From Myxococcota bacterium (GTDB lineage: Bacteria; Myxococcota_A; UBA796; SXON01): a DNA stretch of 64,000 nucleotides. This document shows positions 28,631 to 36,490 of this stretch, piece after piece. Both the position numbers and the translations under genes were made by a program. The stretch is taken from assembly GCA_040386535.1 (NCBI GenBank), contig JAZKFH010000009.1, forward strand, positions 96,001-160,000, written 5' to 3'. Position 1 is the stretch's first letter. Each line of letters begins with the position of its first letter. The notes below the pieces were generated by a model. That model saw nothing but the letters and a program-made list of their open reading frames with translations. It was not told where the DNA came from and did not search any database.

Positions 28631-29120
28631 CCGGAGACGGGAAACCGGAGACGGGAAACCGGAAGAGCAGGAAGGCAGGAAGGCAGGAAGGGGGGAAGCA
28701 ACTTCGGATTGTCGTTTTCCTCCCCTCCGTTCCTGCTTTCCTAATTTCCTGCCTTCCTGATTCTCCGGAATTCCGGAGCCCGGAAGAGCAGGAAGGCAGG
28801 AATAGAGGAAGGCAGGAAGGGGGAAGCAACTTCGGATTGTCGTTTTCCTCCCCTCCGTTCCTGCTTTCCTAATTTCCTGCCTTCCTGATTCTCCGGAATT
28901 CCGGAGCCCGGAAGAGCAGGAAGGCAGGAATAGAGGAAGGCAGGAAGGGGGAAGCAACTTCGGGTTTTCGTTTTCGTCCCCTCTTTTCCTGCTTTCCTAG
29001 TTTCCTGCGTTCCTGATTCTCTGGACTTCCGGAGCCCGGAAGAGCAGGAAGGCAGGAGTAAAGGAAGGCAGGAAGGGGAGAGGAGCTTCGCAGGAAACAG
29101 GGCTGGAAAGGTCGGAAGGG
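28631..29120. repeat. Tandem array of ~128-bp palindromic units built from AGGAAGGC arms
   Basis: Units begin CCGGAAGAGCAGG at 28659, 28780, 28908 and 29036 (periods 121/128/128). Each full unit has a purine arm and a complementary pyrimidine arm. The CTCCGGAATTCCGGAG palindrome is perfect at the first two junctions. GGAGACG/GGAAACC heptamers precede the array. Confidence 0.95.
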
Positions 29121-29168
29121 CGGAGGCTTCCGGGGCGGGGAATTCGACGCGCGCGCCCGCGCCCGCGC

Positions 29169-29272
29169 CAGGGGGCCGGAGGGCGGCCGCGCTTCGCGGC
29201 CGGTTCCGCCCGCTTCGGGCGAACCGAGCCGACAGGCGAGCCCGGAGGCACCCGACGGCGGCTCGGCCGCCG
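29169..29272. repeat. Structured dispersed element, copy B
   Basis: Homologous to 12386-12526; hairpins CGGCCGCG-ctt-CGCGGCCG, GGTT(c)CGCCCG-ctt-CGGGCGAACC and CGGCGGC-tcg-GCCGCCG. Confidence 0.8.
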
Positions 29273-29314
29273 GGGCGCCGCCCGCGTGACGCCGCATGCA
29301 TTCAGGACGGCAAG

Positions 29315-29342
29315 TTGTGCGCGCCGCCGCCGCCTGTACAAT
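29315..29342 (+). promoter_or_regulatory. Sigma70-like promoter for fabD
   Basis: TTGTGC-N16-TACAAT, then a GAGGAG RBS and ATG 29363. Confidence 0.5.
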
Positions 29343-29362
29343 CCCGGCCCTTCGAGGAGCCC

Positions 29363-30253
29363 ATGCGCGTCGCTTTCGTCTTTCCCGGCCAGGGGAGCCA
29401 GTCCGTCGGGATGGACGCCGGGCTCGACCCCGCCACGTTCGAGGAGGCGGACGACGCCCTCGGGTACGCGCTCTCCGCCATCGTGCGCGAGGGGCCCGTG
29501 GAGCGGCTCGCCCAGACCGAGATCACCCAGCCCGCGCTTCTCACGACCTCGATCGCGATGGCCCGCGCCCTCGGCCGCGCGCGGCCCGACCTGGTGCCCG
29601 CGTTCGCCGCCGGCCACTCCCTCGGCGAGTACGGCGCGCTCGTGGTCGCCGGGGTGCTCGACTTCGCGGACGCCGTGCGGCTCGTGCGGCTGCGCGGGCG
29701 CGCCATGCAGGACGCCGTGCCGCTCGGCGTCGGCACGATGGCCGCGATCATGGGCCTGGACACGGAGGAGGTGCGCGCGTTGTGCGAGGCGCACGCCGAG
29801 GGCGAGATCGTGGAGCTCGCGGGGCACAACTGCCCCGGGCAGACCGTCATCGCCGGGCATGTCGGCGCGGTGGACCGGGTGTGCGAGGCCGTCGGCTCGG
29901 GCGCCCGCCGGCTGACCGTGAGCGCGCCGTTCCACTGCTCGCTGCTCCAGCCCGCCGCCGACGCGCTCGCCGCCGCCCTCGCGGACGTGACGCTCCACCC
30001 GCCGCGTTTTCCCGTCGTCCAGAACGCCTACGCCGACGTCGCCGACACGGTCGACGGCATCCGCGCCCGGCTCGTCGCCCAGGTGGTCAGGCCGGTGCGG
30101 TGGGTGGAGTGTGTGCACCACATGAAGGCGCTCGGCGCCGAGCGGTGCATCGAGGTGGGGCCGGGCAAGACGCTCGCCGGGCTCGGCAAACGCATCGATC
30201 GATCGTTCCCCGTCGTCGCCTATGCCGACGCGCTTCAAGGAGGTGCCGTTTGA
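29363..30253 (+). CDS. fabD: Malonyl-CoA:ACP transacylase
   Basis: FVFPGQGSQ, TQPA, GHSLGEY, RG.AMQ, SAPFH, EVGPG. Confidence 0.93.
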   Translation: MRVAFVFPGQGSQSVGMDAGLDPATFEEADDALGYALSAIVREGPVERLAQTEITQPALLTTSIAMARALGRARPDLVPAFAAGHSLGEYGALVVAGVLDFADAVRLVRLRGRAMQDAVPLGVGTMAAIMGLDTEEVRALCEAHAEGEIVELAGHNCPGQTVIAGHVGAVDRVCEAVGSGARRLTVSAPFHCSLLQPAADALAAALADVTLHPPRFPVVQNAYADVADTVDGIRARLVAQVVRPVRWVECVHHMKALGAERCIEVGPGKTLAGLGKRIDRSFPVVAYADALQGGAV

Positions 30254-31026
30254 GGCCTGTCTCGCTCGTCGCCGCCTCGCTCTTCTGCCCCGCGGGCATC
30301 GGTTTTGCGGGCACCGGCGCCGGCGATCCCGGCCCGGTCCCTGGCTTTGCGCCCCACGTGCACGGCGTGCCGCGCAAGCACCTCAAGACGATGACACGCG
30401 CGGTGCAGCTCGGCTGCGCGGCCGTGTACGCGGCGCTCGAGGACTGGCCCACGTGGCGGGCGGTCCCCGCGGATCGGCGCGGGCTCTACGTCGGCGCGTC
30501 TCCCCAGCAGGGCGACGCCGAGGACATCGAGCCCGCGCTCGCCGCGGCCGGCACCCCGTTCACGCTCGGCGGCTTTGCCGAGCGCGGCGTGCCCCTCATC
30601 CCGCCGCTGTGGCTGGTGAAGGGCCTGTCCAACAACATCCTCGGGTACGCCTCGGCGCAGTTCGATTTCCAGGGCGACAACGGCAACTGGTGCGACGGCC
30701 GGCTCGGCGGGTCGATCGCCCTGACCAACGCGGTGCACGCGGTGGCCGAGGGGCGCGTGGATCTGGCGGTGGCGGGCGGGGCGGACGCGCTGGTGGGCGC
30801 GGAAGCTCTGCTCGGCGCGCCGTGTGGCGAAGGGGCCGCGTTCCTCGTGCTGGTGGCCGGAGAGGTCGGCAAGACGCGCGTCGCCGCGGCGCTCCCCTCG
30901 GTCGACGGGGCGGAGTCGAACCTCGGTGAGCTCGGCGCCGCCGCGGTTCCCGTTGCCCTCGCGCGCCAATGGCTCGCGGGGCTGCTCGACGTGCGGGGCG
31001 GCGGAATCCACCTGTTTCGGCCCTAA
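30250..31026 (+). CDS. Short ketosynthase-like protein lacking the canonical catalytic motif (chain-length-factor-like 2)
   Basis: LKTMTRAVQLG, PPLWLVKGLSNN, AVAGGAD and GEGAAFLVL; no TAC/SAC or HGT motifs. TTGA overlap with the fabD stop. Confidence 0.75.
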   Translation: MRPVSLVAASLFCPAGIGFAGTGAGDPGPVPGFAPHVHGVPRKHLKTMTRAVQLGCAAVYAALEDWPTWRAVPADRRGLYVGASPQQGDAEDIEPALAAAGTPFTLGGFAERGVPLIPPLWLVKGLSNNILGYASAQFDFQGDNGNWCDGRLGGSIALTNAVHAVAEGRVDLAVAGGADALVGAEALLGAPCGEGAAFLVLVAGEVGKTRVAAALPSVDGAESNLGELGAAAVPVALARQWLAGLLDVRGGGIHLFRP

Positions 31027-31059
31027 TCTCTCAGGCTCGTCAGGGGATTGTTCGAAAGG

Positions 31060-31088
31060 GTGACATGGGCGCGCGTTCGTTCTAGAAT
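31060..31088 (+). promoter_or_regulatory. Sigma70-like promoter for the ACP/reductase pair
   Basis: GTGACA-N17-TAGAAT in an AT-richer gap. Confidence 0.6.
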
Positions 31089-31097
31089 CCGCGCCCC

Positions 31098-31541
31098 TTG
31101 GAGCCGACGTTGTCTTCTCTCCCCCCTGGTGCGCTGGCCTCCGGCGTCGACGAAGCCCTCTTCGAGAAAGTGCGCTCCTGCATCGCGGAGGCCCTGGGGC
31201 TCGACGCGGAGGAGGTGAGCTACAGCTCCCGCCTCATCGGGGACCTCGGCGCCGAGTCGCTCGACTTCCTCGACATCGCGTTCCGGCTCGAGCGCGCGTT
31301 CGACGTGCGCATCCCCCGCGGCGGGATCGAGGCCACCAGCAAGGAGGGGCTCGCCGAGGGCGAGAGCTACGAGATCAACGGCGTGCTCACGCCCGTGGCG
31401 CTCGAGCGCCTCGCGGCCCACATGCCCGAGGTGCCGCGCGAGGAGTTCCGCCCCGGCCTCAAGGTGTCCGAGGTGTCCTCGCTCATGCGCGTCGGGACCT
31501 TCTGCAACGTCGTCGCGGGCCTGCGCGCAGCGAAGGCCTGA
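31098..31541 (+). CDS. Acyl carrier protein, enlarged, with ESL motif
   Basis: LIGDLGAESLDFLDIAFRLERAF.V.IP; ~45 aa insertion before the final helix; exact start uncertain. Confidence 0.88.
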   Translation: MEPTLSSLPPGALASGVDEALFEKVRSCIAEALGLDAEEVSYSSRLIGDLGAESLDFLDIAFRLERAFDVRIPRGGIEATSKEGLAEGESYEINGVLTPVALERLAAHMPEVPREEFRPGLKVSEVSSLMRVGTFCNVVAGLRAAKA

Positions 31542-31549
31542 TCGACCTC

Positions 31550-32452
31550 GTGGCCGGCTCTCCGCGCCCCGGGTTCGTGTTCCTCGTGCACCCGCTGGTC
31601 CCGGCCGCGCGGCGGCTCGCGGCGCTCCGCACAGGGCGCCTGCGGCTGCTGACCACGGATCGGCCCACGATCGACGACGTGGCGGTGATCTGCCGGCTCG
31701 GCTTCGGGGACGTGGAGGGCGTGGTGGTGGGCGTGCCGCTGCTGCCGGACGAGCTGCTCGCCGACCAGGCGCGGGCGCTCGCGTGGATGGAGCGGGGCGT
31801 CCAGATCGCCGCGCCGGTCGGGCATGTGGGGCTCGGGAGCGTGCTCGCCGTGGTGGCGGGCCGCGGCACCGCGCTGGCCGAGGCGTGCGGGCTGCCGGTG
31901 ACGACGGGGAACGCCGCGACGGCGTGGGCGGCCACCACGGTCACGCGCCAGGTGGCAGCGGGGCGGCCGGTCGCCGTGTTGGGGGGCCGGGGCGCGGTGG
32001 GACGCGCGGTCGCGGACGTGCTCGCGGCGGACGGGCTCACGGTGGCCCTCGATCCCGACGACGTGTCCGGGTACGAGGTCGTCGTCGGCGCGCACACGAC
32101 CGGGGGCGTGCTGGCCCCCGCGGCGCTGCACCCCCGCGCGACGCTCATCGACGTGGCGCTCCCGCCGACCTTGTCGGGCCCGCCGCCGCCGGGCGTCGTG
32201 GTGCTGGCGGGCGAGTCCGTGGCGCTCCCGAAGGGGTGGCGGCGCGACGGGTGGGGGCACCTGTTCCACGTCGTCGCGGGCTACGGCTGGAGCAGCGTCT
32301 ACGCCTGTCTCCTGGAGCCGCTGATCGCCGCGCGCATCGGCAGGAACACGCCGTTCGCGCAGGGGCGGCGGCTCGACGTCGCGGCGGTGCGTACGTTCGG
32401 CGCGGCGGCCGAGGCGGCGGGGTTCGTCCCCCGGATACGAAGGCTTCACTAG
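31550..32452 (+). CDS. Acyl-ACP reductase-like (fatty-aldehyde-forming) NAD(P)H oxidoreductase
   Basis: FVFLVHP, TTGNAATAW, VAVLGGRGAVG, DVALP and YACLLE...FAQGR...GF parallel the cyanobacterial AAR motifs TTGNTHTAY, VAVVGATGDIG and FACFAE...FSWGR...HGF. Confidence 0.75.
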   Translation: MAGSPRPGFVFLVHPLVPAARRLAALRTGRLRLLTTDRPTIDDVAVICRLGFGDVEGVVVGVPLLPDELLADQARALAWMERGVQIAAPVGHVGLGSVLAVVAGRGTALAEACGLPVTTGNAATAWAATTVTRQVAAGRPVAVLGGRGAVGRAVADVLAADGLTVALDPDDVSGYEVVVGAHTTGGVLAPAALHPRATLIDVALPPTLSGPPPPGVVVLAGESVALPKGWRRDGWGHLFHVVAGYGWSSVYACLLEPLIAARIGRNTPFAQGRRLDVAAVRTFGAAAEAAGFVPRIRRLH

Positions 32453-32474
32453 GGGCAGACCCCAAGGAGATCCC

Positions 32475-34820
32475 GTGGCAGACCTCTGGCTCGGCAAGAC
32501 AGCGGGCGACGGCACGCGTGTGTCCCTCTCCACCGGCTCGTTGACGACGCACGCGGTGTGTGTCGGCATGACCGGGAGCGGCAAGACGGGCCTGTGCGTG
32601 GGCCTCCTGGAGGAGGTGGCAAACGCCGGGGTGCCGATCATCGCGATTGATCCGAAGGGCGACCTCACCAACCTCGCGCTCACCGAGCCGGACGCCGCCG
32701 TGGCCGCCGTGTGGCGCGCGGGGCAGGCGTCGTGGGGCATCGCGCCCGACGAGGTGCGCAGGTGGGCCGCGAACGTGGACGTGCACCTGTGGACCCCGGG
32801 CTCGGACGCGGGGCTCGGCGTGAACGTGCTCGCGTCGCTCCGGCGGCCCACCGGGGAGCTGGACGACGAGGTGCGTCGCGAGCTGGTGATCGGCTCGGTG
32901 AGCGCGTTGCTCGGCCTCGTCGGCGAGCCCGCGGACCCGGTGCGCAGCCCCGCGCACATCGTGCTCTCCCGCATCCTCGAGGAGGCGTGGGCCCGGGGCG
33001 ACGATCCCGATCTCGAGGCGCTCCTGGGCGCGCTCGTCGATCCGCCGTTCGGGAAGGTCGGGGTCTTTCCCACGGACAAGTTCTTCCCGCCGGACGACCG
33101 CCTCGCGCTGGCGATGCGGCTGAACGCGCTGCTCGCGAGCCCCGCGTTCGCGGCCTGGTCGACCGGCGCCACGCTCGACATCCCGGCCCTGCTCACGAAG
33201 ACGGACGGCCGCGTGCCCGTGCATGTCTTCACGCTCGCGCACCTCTCGGAGCCCGAGCGCCACTTCTTCGTCGGCATCCTGCTCGACCGCATCGCCGCGT
33301 GGACGCGAGGGCTCGGCGGCTCGAGCGAGCTGCGCGCGCTGGTGTTCTTCGACGAGATCTGGGGTTTTCTCCCGCCGCATCCGAAGGACCCGCCGGCCAA
33401 GCGCCCGCTGCTCGCGCTGCTCAAGCAGGCGCGATCCGTGGGCGTCGGCACCGTGCTCGCCACGCAGAACCCCGTCGACCTCGACTACAAGGCGCTCTCG
33501 AACGCGGGCACGTGGTTCGTGGGCCGCCTCCAGACGAAGAACGACCGCGATCGGGTGGCGGACGGCCTCACCGGCGCCGGCATGGAGCGCAAGGACGCCG
33601 AGGCCCTCCTGGACCAGGCCGCGCCGCGGCGCTTCGTGCTTCAGCAGGCGGGGAAGGGGCCGCGGGTTTTTGATACGCGGTGGACGCGGGTCTGGTTGGC
33701 GGGGCCGCTGACGAGGCCGCAGATCCGGGCTCTATCCAAGCGCAGCGTCCGGGCTGGCCCGCCAGAACCGCAGTCGGGGCCCCCGCCGGTCCCCCCCAAG
33801 GGGGCCCCACCGGCGGACCCGTCTGCAGGCGGGCCACCCCTGCCAGGGCGCGCTCCGATGACCCCGAACCACGGATCCCGAGCCCCCCTCTGGTCCGGCA
33901 TCGCCTGGACCCTCGACCCGAGAGCCGTCTTCTCCGCCCGCATGGACGGCGCCTTCACCCCGTACGCCGAGCCGCACACGAACGGCACGCGGCTGCGCCC
34001 CGCCCTGCTCGTCCAGCTCCGCCTGCGTTTTGACGAGGAGCGCGCCGGGTACATCGACGAGCAGGAGGAGAGCCGGGTGTTCTTTCCGCTGGAGGACGCG
34101 CTCCCGATGGCGCCGCTGGTGTTGCCGCTCCAGGAGGCCGACCTCGTCGACACCGGCAGCGACCGGAACGAGCTGGCCGATGGGCTCTACGATCCGCTCC
34201 CCGACTGGATGGACGAGCCCAAGGAGCTCGAGAAGCTCGTCAAGGACGTGGTGGCGCGGGTGGTGGCCGAGGAGTCGCGCGGGATGTGGGCCAACCCCAC
34301 GCTCAAGCTGCACGGGCGGCCGGGCGAGAGCCGCGCGGACTTCGATGCCCGGTGCGCGGCGGCGGTGGAGGCGCGCGTGGACGACGAGGTCGGCGCGCTG
34401 CGCGCCACGTACGAGAAGAAGGTCGATACGCTGGAGGACCGCATCCGGCGCCTGGACGAGCGCCGGGCCCAGGAGGCCACCGCCCACGCCGGCAAGCAGG
34501 CGGAGGAGTGGATGAACGTCGGGGAGACGGTCCTGTCCTTCTTCACGGGGCGCAAGAAGAGCCTCACGGCCGTCGCGACGCGGCGGCGGCAGGTGGTGGC
34601 GGCGGGACAGCGCGTGGAGTCCGCGGACGCCGAGCTCGCCGAGGCGCGCGAGGCCGTGTACGCCCTCGAACAGGAGCTCGAAGACAAGATCGCCGCGCTG
34701 CGCGAGCGCGAGGGGCGCGCCCTCGGCGCCACGGTCGAGAAGGAGATCCGGCTGGAACGGGACGACGTCCGCGTGCTGCGGAGCGGCCTGTTGTGGGTGC
34801 CGGTGAGCCGGCGGGTGTAG
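32475..34820 (+). CDS. HerA/FtsK-superfamily P-loop ATPase (DUF87/DUF853-like) with C-terminal coiled coil
   Basis: THAVCVGMTGSGKT, IDPKGD, FFDEIWG, QARSVGVG, ATQNPVDLDYK; AGGAG RBS. Confidence 0.85.
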   Translation: MADLWLGKTAGDGTRVSLSTGSLTTHAVCVGMTGSGKTGLCVGLLEEVANAGVPIIAIDPKGDLTNLALTEPDAAVAAVWRAGQASWGIAPDEVRRWAANVDVHLWTPGSDAGLGVNVLASLRRPTGELDDEVRRELVIGSVSALLGLVGEPADPVRSPAHIVLSRILEEAWARGDDPDLEALLGALVDPPFGKVGVFPTDKFFPPDDRLALAMRLNALLASPAFAAWSTGATLDIPALLTKTDGRVPVHVFTLAHLSEPERHFFVGILLDRIAAWTRGLGGSSELRALVFFDEIWGFLPPHPKDPPAKRPLLALLKQARSVGVGTVLATQNPVDLDYKALSNAGTWFVGRLQTKNDRDRVADGLTGAGMERKDAEALLDQAAPRRFVLQQAGKGPRVFDTRWTRVWLAGPLTRPQIRALSKRSVRAGPPEPQSGPPPVPPKGAPPADPSAGGPPLPGRAPMTPNHGSRAPLWSGIAWTLDPRAVFSARMDGAFTPYAEPHTNGTRLRPALLVQLRLRFDEERAGYIDEQEESRVFFPLEDALPMAPLVLPLQEADLVDTGSDRNELADGLYDPLPDWMDEPKELEKLVKDVVARVVAEESRGMWANPTLKLHGRPGESRADFDARCAAAVEARVDDEVGALRATYEKKVDTLEDRIRRLDERRAQEATAHAGKQAEEWMNVGETVLSFFTGRKKSLTAVATRRRQVVAAGQRVESADAELAEAREAVYALEQELEDKIAALREREGRALGATVEKEIRLERDDVRVLRSGLLWVPVSRRV

Positions 34821-34834
34821 GCCGGCCTGCCAGG

Positions 34835-34864
34835 CGCGGGCCCCCGCTTTCGTTGGGGCCCGCG
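34835..34864. terminator. Hairpin after the ATPase gene
   Basis: CGCGGGCCCC-10 nt loop-GGGGCCCGCG, 14 nt after the stop; no U tract. Confidence 0.45.
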
Positions 34865-34882
34865 TCGTGGGACACTACCGGG

Positions 34883-35752
34883 ATGTACGTCTGTCCTCGG
34901 ACTGGGGGTCCGCTCAAGGACTGGCATTCTGTCGCCGGGCAGGTCACCTACCCGCTGATCGATGGTGTGCCGGTCCTCCTCACCGATCCCGTCGCCTTCC
35001 TCTCGTCCCAGCCCTCCCGCTCGACCGCCACGGCCGAGCCTGGGCGTTGTGGGCTGCCCGACGCGATCACGCCCCACCTCCCGCCGTCGTTGTTCGGCGC
35101 GCCGGGCGGCTTCGGGCAGTGGCTCACGAGCCTGGGCGACGCGAGTCCCGATGCGCTCGCGATGACCTTCGCCACCAAGCACGCGCCCCCGGGGCCCGCG
35201 CTCGACGTGGGCTGCGGCGTCGGCACGATGGCACGGCGCATGGTCACCGGCGGGCGCGCCACCTGGGCCTTCGACCGCTCGTCGGACGCGGTGCTGCTGG
35301 CCCGCGGCCTCCTCTGCGGCGTGCTGCAACAGACGCTGATCCCCACGTCCCGCCGCGGGCTGCGCCGCGTGAAGGTGCCGTTCAAGCCCATCACCGCGAA
35401 CCTCCAGTTCTGCGTCGCGGACGCCGCGCGCCCGCCGTTCCCGCCGGACTCCTTCGCCTGGGTGCACCTGGGCGACGTGCTGGACGAGCTGGGGGACGAG
35501 GTCGCCGACGTGCTCGTGGCCTGCGAGGGGATCCTCAAGAAGGGCGGCGTGCTCACCGTGACGACCGCGTACGACGCGCCCGCCCCGCCCACCGAGACCG
35601 CGCCGCCCCCCGAAGAGGAGCTGCTCGAGGCGCTCGAAGGGCTCGGCCTGCAGGTGATCGATCAGCAGGACCGGGTGCCCCAGGTGGTGCGCGACTACGA
35701 CCGCGGCTACCGGATCCGGTTCGTGCACGTCGTCGCGGCGCGAAAGAAGTGA
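34883..35752 (+). CDS. Class I SAM methyltransferase with Trm112-like N-terminus
   Basis: MYVCPRTGGPL...YPLIDGVPVLL; LDVGCGVG, FDRS, VADA..PPF. Confidence 0.85.
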   Translation: MYVCPRTGGPLKDWHSVAGQVTYPLIDGVPVLLTDPVAFLSSQPSRSTATAEPGRCGLPDAITPHLPPSLFGAPGGFGQWLTSLGDASPDALAMTFATKHAPPGPALDVGCGVGTMARRMVTGGRATWAFDRSSDAVLLARGLLCGVLQQTLIPTSRRGLRRVKVPFKPITANLQFCVADAARPPFPPDSFAWVHLGDVLDELGDEVADVLVACEGILKKGGVLTVTTAYDAPAPPTETAPPPEEELLEALEGLGLQVIDQQDRVPQVVRDYDRGYRIRFVHVVAARKK

Positions 35753-36486
35753 ACGACGCGGCGCGGCCGCCCGCCCTGGAGCCGCCCGCTCCGGAGCCCC
35801 CCGCTCCGGAGCCCCCCGCTGTGGAGCCGTCCGCCGTGGTCGCGCAGCGCCGTCGCCCCTGGCTCGTGTTCGCCCTCGAGGACGCCCTCCTCGACACCCG
35901 CGCCGGCCGCCTCCACGTCATCCACGCCCTCTCGACCGCCACCCCCGCGGACGTGGCCCTGTTCGAGGCCACCGGCGAGTACGACGATCCCTGGGTGATC
36001 GCGCGCGCCGCCGGCACCTGGGTGCGCGCCGGGCGGCCCCGCCCGCTCCCGCTAGGCGGCTGGCGCGTGGTGGTCAACCAGTGCGGCGGCGACCCGGGCG
36101 ATCTCGACAGCCGCGCGCGGATGTTGTGGGAGCTGCGGGGATGGAAGGCCGAGGCGCCGCGGGTCGACGCCGCGCGCCTGTCCCGCCTCGCGGAGGTCGC
36201 CCAGCTCGGCATCGTCACGTCGCGCGACCGCAAGGGGCTCGCGCGTGCGGAGGAGGTGCTCGGCTACCACTTCGCCGCGTCCACCACGGGCGAGGACGGC
36301 GCCCGCCCCGACCCGCAGGTGCTGCTGCGCCACGGCGCCACCGGGCACTTCATCGGCATCGGGGACCAGGACCGCGCGACCGCCCTGGCCGCGCGCTTCG
36401 TGTTCCACGACGCCACCGCGGGCCTCGCGCCGATCGTGGACCGCATGCTCCAGAAGCTCGCGCCCGCGCCCGCGCCAGCCGCGTAG
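35749..36486 (+). CDS. Degenerate HAD-superfamily-like protein
   Basis: LVFALEDALLD in the motif I position, LGIVTSR, RPDP, FIG...D; N-terminal (EPPAP)n repeat; GTGA overlap with the methyltransferase. Confidence 0.6.
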   Translation: MNDAARPPALEPPAPEPPAPEPPAVEPSAVVAQRRRPWLVFALEDALLDTRAGRLHVIHALSTATPADVALFEATGEYDDPWVIARAAGTWVRAGRPRPLPLGGWRVVVNQCGGDPGDLDSRARMLWELRGWKAEAPRVDAARLSRLAEVAQLGIVTSRDRKGLARAEEVLGYHFAASTTGEDGARPDPQVLLRHGATGHFIGIGDQDRATALAARFVFHDATAGLAPIVDRMLQKLAPAPAPAA

Positions 36487-36490
36487 AGGA

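Noticed and set aside
28659..29090. CRISPR array
   Set aside because: The whole ~128-bp unit repeats, there are no unique spacers, and there are no cas genes in the window.
22393..32452. Calling the locus a canonical aryl polyene, acpXL/VLCFA or alkane cluster
   Set aside because: The diagnostic partners are absent: no aromatic starter ligase, ketoreductase or acyltransferase; no LpxXL or AdhA2XL; no aldehyde-deformylating oxygenase.
32475..36486. HerA-based anti-phage defence system
   Set aside because: No Sir2, nuclease, DUF4297 or NurA partner is present. The adjacent methyltransferase is small-molecule/RNA-type with its own promoter-like signal, not a DNA MTase.
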